From assembly GCA_010405405.1 (NCBI GenBank), contig MU004240.1, positions 938,842 to 958,841 of the forward strand: a DNA stretch of 20,000 nt, read 5' to 3'. Below are positions 1 through 10,292 of the stretch, in pieces. The notes under the pieces are model-generated. The model ran no database searches. It saw only the letters and a list, made by a program, of their open reading frames with translations, and had not been told where the DNA came from. Positions within the stretch are counted from its first letter, which is position 1, and every line of letters starts with the position of its first letter. This DNA is from Microthyrium microscopicum (lineage: Eukaryota). Position numbers and translations under genes: made by a program.

Positions 1-1518
1 CTAAACCTATAAAAAGTATATAATTAGCAAAAGAAGTAAGAATTAGGCTAGATTTAAGATAAGATTTAGGAGCTAGAAACCTAGTAAGCAAATCTAAACC
101 TACTATTAGTAGTATGCTACGTTATTTAACTATCCTTAGTAGTAATTAATCTAGGATAGCTACTACTAAATAACGTTAACTACGTACCTTTTATAGAGCT
201 ATAATAGATAATAGTTAAAAGCATACTAATTCTAGAAGCTAATACTTTTAAGAAGTATAACGTACTAATTAATATTAGTAGTAGCGTACTTAGAATTATC
301 TATACTTACTTTATTAAATAATATAATATACTAAAAATATAACTTAACTAATTACGCTTAGTAGAGCTTATAAATAGAAAGACTATTATTAAAATTAATA
401 AAGCTATACTAGTTACTATACGTATTAGAAGTTATATTAAATAGATATACTATTTTGTAATAAAAGCAGCTACTTATAATCTTATTCTTAGTAACCCTTA
501 GATCTAGCTTTATAAGGTATACCTAAGAGAAGGTAAGAAAACTATTACGTTTAACTCTTATTATTACTTTTATAATTATATTCTAATACGTTATCTTATT
601 AAAGTTAATACTTAAGGACAATATAACTTTATTACGAAACCTCTAGAAAATAAAGAAGTAGTAGTAGTATCTATATACGTTATAATAATACTTATAAAGC
701 GCAAAGGTTAAATAGTAGAAGTTCTCTATTCTAAGGACTTTGCTAAGCCTAAAGATAAAAAGTTACTAGATAGCTCTTTACTAAAGAACTTTTTAATAGA
801 GAAGAAGAAGCTATTTAACCTCTTAGGAATATTAGACCTAATCTTCTTTATAGATAATATAGCAATTAATCTATCTACTATCTTAGAATATAATTTTAAG
901 AAGTAGCAAGAAAAGCATAAGCGTCCTTATCTTACTTATAAAGAACTTTATAAAATAATTCTAGAGGAATTTTATTACTATCTTAAAGTCTTTAATCTAT
1001 AGAAAGTAAATAAATTACTACCTTACTACCTAGGTTTTAATTATTCTATTAATCTTATACTAAACGTTACTATACTAAAATAATATAGTACTAGTATAAA
1101 CCTAAAATAAAATATTATTATTAAATAGTATCTAGAAGGTCTATTAGGAAAAGGCTTTATACGCTCTTCTAAATTATACTTTATAGTACTAATATTATAC
1201 GTATATAAACTAGGTAAAGGTATTTAAGTCTATATTAATTATTAAGGTCTTAATAAAATCTCTTATAAGAATAAGAATATATTACTATTACTTCCTAATA
1301 CTTTAGTAAAGCTATATTAAGTATAGTACTATAGTAAATTTAACGTCATTATAGCCTATAAGTAAATATAGGTTAAATCTAGGGATAAATATAAAATAGC
1401 CTTCTCTATATAATATAGTTTCTATAAGTTTATTATTATATCTTTTAGATTAACTAGCACTCCTAGTACCTTTTAAGTATATATTAACTACGTCTTAATA
1501 AAGTATCTTAACGACTTT
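1..1518 (+). pseudogene. pol: Element A pol, 5' part (aspartic protease and N-terminal RT)
   Basis: One frame throughout: VLINISS at 262-282 (de-RIP ALIDTGS), YNLILSNP*I at 475 (YDLILGNPW), LEGLLGKGFIRSS at 1132, VYINY*GLN at 1228 (VCIDYRGLN), ending KYLNDF at 1501-1518. Many TAA/TAG stops. Confidence 0.92.
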
Positions 1519-1836
1519 TGTCACGGACCCCTATAGACTCGCTATAGAGGCATAGGTATCTTGCTACCTCTTTACTCTCTCTACTCTTACAATACGCTAT
1601 AGAAAGGCTTTTTGCTAGTAAACTACTAAGTTAATATAAATAGTACCTACTCTCTATTATAATAAGATAAAGCTAAATAGAGCTAAGGATAAGAAGAAGA
1701 AGTAGCCTTACTAAAAAGAAGATAGAGAGGAGTATAAGTAAAGAAGTAGACTTAATCTCTAGAGAGATTAAGTATTAGTTTTATCTTAATACTAGTTCTT
1801 AGAATCTATTTCCCTTACTTTAAACTATCCTTTATA
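1519..1836 (+). repeat. Element B 5' LTR
   Basis: Starts TGTCACGG and ends CCTTTATA. Ungapped alignment to 9970-10287 with about 39 differences by hand count, all transitions. Confidence 0.96.
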
Positions 1837-1886
1837 ATTCTAATACTTCTCAACGTACTATATAGTAGTAAGCTTAATAGATTCTT

Positions 1887-3053
1887 ATAATAATAAGGAG
1901 TATAAGGAACTTTAATAGAAGCTAAAATAAAAGCAAAGATAAAAATAAAGACCTAAATAATAACTTAGATAATAACTTAGATAATAACTTAAGTTAATAT
2001 AATAACCTACTACTACTAATAGACTTAGAAGCTACTTTAGCTATCCTTTATATAATAATAGCTTAAATTAATGAATAAGAATAAGCACACGTAGCTAAGA
2101 TATAATAGCTCTATAATAAGATTATAGCCTTATTATAAGCCTCTTAATAGAATCCTCCTCCTCCTTCTTAACTAAGAGAATTAAAACCTACTAACCTTAT
2201 AGTCCTTTAATATAAAACTTAATAAGAACTTATTAACTAGACTATAAGAGTAGAAAATGCTTTCTATTTAGTACCTTCTTAATTCGCTATATAAGAAAAC
2301 TATATTAGATAAGCTAGCTAGTTTATAAGTCTTAACCTATAAACTTAATAGAACCTAAAGAAGAAGAAGATTAAGCTACTAACTTAAACTTAGGAAAAGT
2401 TTATAGAATAGCTCTAATATTAATACGCTTACCTTACTATAGCTAAACTTTTAGTTACTAAGAAACTTAAAAAAGCTAAGTAGCGTTCTACCTAGACTCT
2501 TATAGAGTTTAATACCTACTTAGACTTACTAGAAACCTAACTTAGTATTAATATGACTTACGAAAGAGATAAATAATACTTAAAATTCCTTACTAAGCTA
2601 ACCTTAGAACTATAGAAATAGATTAAACTAATAGAGTATATCCTAATTACTAGACTAGATATAGTTAATACTATTAAATACTTTTAGTAAATTACCTATA
2701 AGCGCTTATAAGAAGATCTATTAGGTAACGTTAATTCTTAACCTCTATAATTAAATTATAATCTATAAGATAGCTAAGATAAATAATAGAGGCGTAAAGG
2801 TCGTATAAGGTATATACTATTAAATTACTTACTAGTAAGTATAAAGCCTAAAAAAGATAGCAAGATATATAAGGGAATTACCTATTATAATTATAACCTA
2901 TTTAGATATTATATAAATAAGTATAATAAGCTTCTAAGAGGCCTTTAGGTTACCTAAAGGCAAGGAAGTTTCTTAAAATATAGAAGCTAAAGGAGGAACC
3001 TAAATACTATTCTTCTCTTATTAAGATCTAGAATTAACCTAAAAAAAGAGTAA
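1887..3053 (+). pseudogene. gag: Element B gag relic with CCHC zinc knuckle
   Basis: Single frame with an acidic N-terminus (12-bp repeat read as DDDS) and YYNYNLFRYYINKY at 2883-2924 (de-RIP CX2CX4HX4C). Ends AAA AAA GAG TAA at 3053. Start position approximate. Confidence 0.8.
1958..1991 (+). repeat. 12-bp tandem repeat (TAATAACTTAGA, about 3 copies) in gag 5' region
   Basis: Directly visible; in the gag frame it de-RIPs to an acidic DDDS repeat. Confidence 0.8.
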
Positions 3054-6000
3054 GTATTATAGGGGTTAAGAACCCTATCCTTATAATACTAGATTAAACT
3101 ATAGAGGTATAGATTTAGATAATAACTAATCTTCCTCTTACTATAAAAGATTAATCTATAAACGTTCTCTTAGATACTAGTAGTTAAATTAATATTATTA
3201 ATAAATAATTTACGTAATACTATAGCCTTAAGAAAGTAACTATAGAAAGTATTTAAGTTATAGGTTTTACTAATAATATAATAGAAAGCAAATATTATAG
3301 TATATATTAGCTATATTTTTATTATAAAGACTTCTCTAGTATCTATAAGAATATTAAATACTATTTCTTCTCTTTTAATTAGACTAAATATATCTACCTT
3401 ATAGTATAGGGAACCTCTCTATAAGAGAAATATAATATTTCTATCTACCTAAGGTAGAAGAAGTAGCTATTTAGAAAAGAGAAGCTAAAATACGAGATTA
3501 TAGACTAGAATATATTTAAGAAAAAGCTATAAGAATATAGTAAAATATTTAAACTAACTATAAAATTTAATAAGTACCTATACTTAAATAGTAGAAAGGT
3601 AGAGATCTCTAGTATTAGCTTTAAGCTAAGCTTATAGGCAGATATTAATCTAAAAAATAAACTACTATAAGAGCTATAGAATTTAGCCTCTTAAGTTAAG
3701 GCTAGAGATAAAAATAAACCTATCTCTAAAGGTATTAAATATACTATTAAGATAACTATAGATCCTCCTTTTAGACCTATCTATAACTTATTAGTAATAA
3801 AATTTAAGATACTATAAGAATACCTTAAGTTAGCTCTTATAAAAGGCTAAATCTAGGAATTAACTAGCCTAGCTAGAGTACCTATACTCTTTATACCTAA
3901 GAAGAATAAAGGATTACGACTTTATATAGACTACTACTTACTTAATATAGTTACTATTAAAAACTATTACCTATTTCCTTTAATAAGTAAGATATTAGAT
4001 TAACTTAGTAGAGTAGTATACTATACTAAGATAAACCTTAAGAATACCTATACCTAAATACTTATTAGAAAATAAGATTAATAAAAGATAGTATTTTATA
4101 CCTAATATAGATACTATAAATACTAAGTTATACCTTTTAGACTTACTAATACCTTAGTTATATTCTAAGCCTATATTTATAAAGCATTAGTAGAACTCTT
4201 AAATATTATTTATATTATCTACCTTAATAATATCCTTATCTTCTTTAAAATATATAAGGATTATATTTATAATATATATACTATATTAGAATACCTACTA
4301 GCTACTAAGCTTTATACTAATCCTAAAAAGTATTAATTCTTTACTAACGAGGTAGAATTCCTTAGTTTTATAGTCTCTATAAAAAGAGTAAAAATAGATC
4401 TTAGTTAAGTTAAGTTTATTACGAAATAGCTAGAGCCTAGGAGCTATAATAATATATAAGTATTTATTAGCTTTATAAATTTCTATTATAGGTTTATTAA
4501 AGGCTACTTAAAGGTAACAAAACTCTTAACTAACTTACTTAAAAGTATATAACTTAAAAGGAAATATAGACCTTTTATTTAGATAAAGAAAGTAGCGTAA
4601 GTATTTTATATACTTTATATAGCTTTTAATAAAGCTCCTATCTTTATATATTTTAACTTAAAGAAAAGGATTTACCTTAAAATTAATATATCCTAGCATA
4701 CTATTATAGGTATTCTTTCCTAGCTATAGAAAGATAGCTAATAGTACCTTATTACTTTTTAGTTAAGGAAATTAATAAAGGCTAAGATTAACTATTAAAC
4801 TTATAATTAGGAACTTCTTATTATTATTAAAGCTATAAAATATTAGTAATATTATCTTAAGAATAGTTACTACTCTATTAAGATTCTAACTAACTATAAT
4901 AACCTAGTAGGGTTTATAAAATAGAAAAACTTAAATAGGTACTAAGTGTGCTAAGCAATTATACTAGTAAAGTATAACTTCTATATTAGGTATTAAAATA
5001 GAAAGATAAATTTTATAGATATACTATTAAGATAACTTAACTATACTACTATAGAATAGGCTATAAATAACTTGCTACTTACCTTTTAGAAGAAGCTAGA
5101 ACTCCTTTTAGAAAAAGAATAAAAAAAGCTAGTCTTTATAAATAGTCTTAAGCTAATAAAGTAACTTACTAGTAAGATACTAATAATAAATAAGTATAAC
5201 TTTATAGATAAGATATTTAATATTAAGTACTACCTAGTACTAAATATATTAAGAATAGGTAAGATACCTTATAAGTAAATAAGTAGCTAAGATGCTATAA
5301 GTAAAGAGAGTAAAGACTTTCTTAGCTCCTAAAAAATAGTTACTACTCTAGACTATATTTATATCCTAAGAATTATAGTAAGAAAAGTAATATAAGACCT
5401 ATATATTATAAATAGAGAAGCTCTAAATATACTAATTACTTTAGTCTAAGTTACCTAAGATAGTAATAAGGAACTTAAGTATATCTAAGAAGTATTTAAT
5501 ATATAGCTAGAGTCTAAAGAGACCTAATAGCTAAAGAATACTTAGTTAGTTTAAAGAGACTACCTCTACTATAAGAGCTAATTATATATACCTTATAAGC
5601 TTACCTTAAGAAATAAACTCTTAGTAATATACTATAATAACCTACTAGTAAGATACCTAAGGATCTAAAATACTATAAAACTACTCTATAAATAGTTTTA
5701 CTAGCTAAAAATAGAAGAAGACGTATAGATATATATAAAGACTTACCTAGTCTACTAAAGGATAAAAGTAAGATAATATTAACCCTATAGTGAGTTAAAG
5801 TCTCTACTTTAATTAACCTAACTATAATAAGAAATTACTATAGACTTTATTATAAGTTTACTACCTTATAAATATAAACTTATAATATTTAACGCTATAC
5901 TAGTAATTATAGATTAGTATACTAAATAAATAAGGTATATTAAAACTATAAAAAATATAACTACTAAAGAGCTAGTAGAACTTATAGAAAAAAGAATTTT

Positions 6001-6950
6001 CTTAGAAAAAGGCCTACTAGTAGGTATTATATTAGATAGAGAATTTATCTTTATAAGTAAATTTTAAACTAAACTATACTAAGTAAGAAAGGTAAAATAT
6101 AGGCTATCTATAGCCTAGTATCTATAAATTAATAGCTAAACTAAGTAGTAAAACTTAGTACTAAGATATTACCTATAAGCCTTTACTATTAAAAACTAGA
6201 TAAACTAGTTAAGCCTCCTACTTATAGTATAATAGGTAATAAATATATCTTATAATAAGATACTTAACTATACTCTAAATATAGCTAAAATAAGATATAA
6301 ACTAACTCTCTTAGTAGACCTTCTTATAGACTCTAAGAATAGGTTTAAAGAAGAAGGAAGTAAGGTAGTAATAGTAAAGTAAAGAGTAGTAAAAATAGAA
6401 TAAGACTAAGAAAAGATAGTAGAATGCTAAGGAAAAGTAGTAGAATACTAAGCTAAGTTCTATAATAAGAAGTATACCCTAATATTATTCTATATAGGAG
6501 ATAAGGTTCTACTATTAATAAAGAATATTAAACTTAAATTACTAAGTAAGAAGCTAGCTTTTTACTATATAGAACTATTTAGTATTTAAGACGTAGTTAG
6601 AGAATAAGCCTACTAACTAAACCTTCTAATAGGCTACTAAATCTATAACGTCTTCTATATATCTAAACTTAAGCTATATTATTAAAAAGAAGGTTAAGAA
6701 GAACTAGAGCTCCTTATAGCTATTAAGCTAAAAGATAAAGAAGAATAGAAAGTAAGAGCTATCTTAGATAAGAGAAAATAAAAAAGGAAAGTTAAATATT
6801 TTATTTATTAGTAAGGCTATCCCCTAACTTATAACTCTTAAAAATAAGAAAAAGACTATAAAAATATATAAGACTTAATTAAGGTTTTTAAAAAAGCTAG
6901 TAGACCTAAGTTTATTATTATAAAGAAAAGAAAAAGAGAAAAATAAAACT
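3050..6950 (+). pseudogene. pol: Element B pol relic (PR-RT-RNaseH-IN-chromodomain), -1 frame relative to gag
   Basis: VLLDTSS at 3164 (LLDTGS); PPFRPIYNL ~3764; PILFIPKKNKGLRLYIDY ~3881; YLNNILIF at 4220 (YLDD); integrase HHCC region ~5630-5757; ITIDFI ~5834; YL*INS*TK ~6119 (HPQTDGQTE); chromodomain EE*KVRAILDKR...YFIY**GY at 6740-6820. Ends approximate. Confidence 0.93.
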
Positions 6951-7123
6951 ATAAAGAAAGGTATTATAAGAGAGAAGAGATTTTTATATACTTTTTATTT
7001 ACTATAAAAAAGTAACTAATTAGTAGGATAAAAAATAGAAAACTAAAAATAAAAATAGTAAAAATTATAACTAGGTAAATTATTAATAAGACATAAATAA
7101 AACCTAAATAAAATTAAGGAGTC

Positions 7124-9558
7124 TTATAAGAGACTAGTAGGCTAGTACTATAAAAAAAAGGACTCTTCTCTATAGAGATAAAAAGAGTAGACTACTAGCG
7201 AATATAATAAAAAATAAGAATTTTTCTTAAACGCTATAATTATAGATAGCAAGTTAATAAAAAGACTAGTCCTAAAAGATATTAAGACTAGTAACTTACG
7301 CCTAAAGAAATAAATAAATATAGTATTTACGTAATTAAAACGTAACCTAATTACTAAACCCTAATTCTATATATTAAAACGCTATAACTTTAAAAGTAGG
7401 CGTTAGATACTATTAGTTACTCTAAGACTATTAGAAAAGGAGTATATAATAAATATAGCTAGAGTAATTAGCGTACTATTAGTAAATAAGTAAGTAGATA
7501 AAGAAATATTATAAGTTATAGGCGCTATAAGCGTAGGAGGAGGATAAAGATAGCTAGAATTAATACTAATAAAATTAATACTACTATCTAAGTTATAGTA
7601 AATAGTTACTTTATTAATAGTACGACGCTATTAGAATTAGTAAAGAAAGTAAGCTATTTTATTAATATATTAAGCCTAAGCCTAAGTAGCTAGAAAAAAG
7701 CTATAGAAGGATAGTATAGTCTCTTTATTAAACTACTTAGTCTATATACTATCCGCCTCTTTATCTTTAACCTTCTTTATAATAGGCAGATATACTATAA
7801 AGTATAAAGTACTAATATCTAGAATAAATTTAGGAGACATATAAGCTCTAAATATAATAATATTCTCCTTATTTTAGACTAAAAAAGATAAGAAGTAAAT
7901 ATAAGGATAATTACCCTATATAGGTAGACTACTAGTAGGTAGAGATAATAAAGAGTTATTAGTAGTAAGACTTAGCTCCTAGCAAAGATTAAGTAGTTTA
8001 AAGCCTTTTAAATAGATTCTTATAAGCTAGATAGGTGCTTAAACCTATAACTAAGTATAGGATATAAGTAAAAGATAATTCTAAGAATAATAGTTAATAA
8101 GAGTATAACTTATAGATAAAATATAGAAGAACCTATACTAAGATACTAAATATTATTAGCCTACTCTAGCGCATCTTTAATATAACTAAGTATAATATAA
8201 ATATAGAATACTATATTTAAGGCTATAGAATAGCTATAGCCTCCTAGGTAATTCTCTATATAATACTAAGCTATAATAAAAGTATTATAAGCTTATTAAT
8301 AATATATTAACTCCTTATTATAAATATAGTATATATTACTATACTAATAAAACTTAATAAAAGAACCTAAAGGCGTAACAACTATAATAGAACTTATAAA
8401 GTTAAGAGATATAAGATAAATATATAAGTAGATTAAATTATTTATAACCTTATTAAAGACTATAGGTATCTAAATAGAGGTTAGCATATAAGCTACATCT
8501 AAGTTACTAATAAGATACTTATAATATTATAATAGTACTTCTAGTAGGTATAGTAATAGTACTTAGTAAAGTTGTTCTTATAACTATATATAGTACTTTA
8601 TAGAATATAGCTACTATTAGGATAATAGTAGACTATATTATTAATAATATTCTATAAATATTAGAAATAATATAAGAAGAGAAGTAGAGTAGGTATAGCT
8701 TAAAAATAGGATGTAATCTAAGTAATATTCTATAAAAGTATAAGTTAATAAAAGAATTAAGCAAGTTACTTATAATATACTTACTATAAAGGCTTATTAC
8801 TAAGTAGTCTAAGCTATAGGACTTAGGTCTATATCTTCTAGCTTACTAGGTAAGTTATCTAACTTAGACTCTTTATTATCTAGAGATAATATATAAAATA
8901 GCGTAGGAGTATTTTAATAAGTAGATTACTTCTTAATTATAGGATAAGTAGTAAATAGCTATAAAGGCTCTAGTAATAGAGTGTCTTTATAATAATATTT
9001 TCTATTAGCTTAAAAAGCGTATAAAGTATAGGTTAGCTATAGAGTAGAGTTAGTAATTAAGTTAATTATAGTAGTACTAAGAGGTACTTAAAGTAGGTAA
9101 TAAAAGCTATTAATACTACGTTAGGCTAAATAAAAAATAAATAGTAAATTAGCACTAGTAATAATATAGCCTAAGGGCAATAAGACGTAAAGGGTTAATA
9201 AGCCTTCCTAAAGCTTTAAGAGGGCTACCTAGTTAGTAAGTTAGACTAAGTTATAATTATATAACTTAAGCCCCTTAAGGGTACGCTAAGGACCCTATAG
9301 AATATAAAGAGTAGTAGAACGCTAGTAAGTTATATACTTAAAAGGTTAGCTATTATATTACTAAGATTATTAAAACTCTTAAAAGGCGTAATAGGTTCCT
9401 AAAGAATAATTACCTAGATTAAGGTTAACTAACTGCTTATTTTCCTATAAATTACTATTATTAATAAAGTTATTATTACTAAAGGAATTAATATTAATAA
9501 GGTCTTAATAAGACGAATTACTACTATACGAACCGTTAGAATAATAATAAAAAGATAT
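7124..9558 (-). pseudogene. Antisense five-exon accessory gene relic of unknown function inside element B (~735 codons)
   Basis: Exons 9558-8785, 8729-8523, 8469-8137, 8080-7300, 7233-7124. Introns of 55, 53, 56 and 66 nt with donors GTAAGT, ATAAGT, ATAGGT, GTAAGT, branch sites GCTAAC or ATTAAC, and TAG acceptors. Spliced frame is continuous and protein-like after de-RIP. Start (ATA for ATG) and stop are inferred. Confidence 0.75.
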
Positions 9559-9955
9559 TATAAGAGAATAATTAAAATACTATTAAAACGTATATTAAAA
9601 AGCTAAAAGTGTTAGAAATAAGTAAAAAAAGTATAAATAGAATATAAAAAGGATATAAGTTAAATTAAGGACTCTAGAGAGATATAGTTTTTAAAACTTT
9701 TAAGATTTTAGGTAGGTAATATACTTATAAATTGCTTATAAGAAGAAGAGATTATAGTATTAAGAAGATAGAGTATTATAGTCCTAAAATGTTTTAGTAT
9801 TATATATATATATAATACCCTTATAATAAATAGAGTTATTATTATTTATATAATAAGTACTATAGTAACTCTAAAGGTAGGAATACTATAAGTTAAGACT
9901 ATACCTACTAAAAGAGGAAAGCATAATAGCTAGGTTATTAAGAGCGACTTCCTTT

Positions 9956-9966
9956 AAGAGAGGAAG
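9956..9966 (+). other. Polypurine tract of element B
   Basis: AAGAGAGGAAG ending 3 nt before the 3' LTR. Confidence 0.8.
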
Positions 9967-9969
9967 CTT

Positions 9970-10287
9970 TATTATAAACCCTTATAGACTTGCTATAAAA
10001 GCGTAAGTATTTTACTACCTCCTTACTCTCTTTACTTTTATAATATACTATAGGAAGGCTCTTTGCTAGTAAACTACTAGGTTAATATAAATAGTACCTA
10101 CCCTCTACTATAATAAGACAAAGCTAAATAGAGCTAAGGATAAGAAGGAGAGGTAGCTTTATTAAAAAGAAGATAAAGAGGAGTATAAATAAAGGAGTAG
10201 ACTTAATCTCTAAAAAGATTAAGTATTAGTCTTGTCTTAATACTAGTTCTTAGAATCTATTTTCCTTGCTTTAAACCATCCTTTATA
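9970..10287 (+). repeat. Element B 3' LTR
   Basis: Starts TATTATAA (RIP form of TGTCACGG), preceded by a purine tract and followed by TSD ACTTT. Confidence 0.96.
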
Positions 10288-10292
10288 ACTTT

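Larger units (their letters stand above)
1519..10287 (+). mobile_element. Complete nested Ty3/Gypsy chromoviral LTR retrotransposon B (8769 bp), RIP-degraded
   Basis: Two 318-bp LTRs, 5-bp TSD ACTTT at 1514-1518 and 10288-10292, internal gag and pol, PPT. Removing it restores element A's RT in frame. Confidence 0.96.

Noticed and set aside
7742..7744. TAG as the true stop of the antisense gene
   Set aside because: A protein-like frame and another canonical intron continue past it, so it is more likely a RIPped CAG; the true stop remains uncertain.
9126..9190. Possible fifth intron in the antisense gene (GCTAAT...T-rich...TAG on the minus strand)
   Set aside because: No convincing donor in a compatible phase, and the frame reads through without it; left unresolved.
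9800..9815. (TA)n run as a promoter for the antisense gene
   Set aside because: TA runs arise readily from RIP of CA/TG dinucleotides; no independent support.
7000..9950. env-like sense ORF after pol
   Set aside because: Coding and splice signals are on the minus strand, and apparent hydrophobic runs (I/L/Y/F) are expected RIP artefacts.
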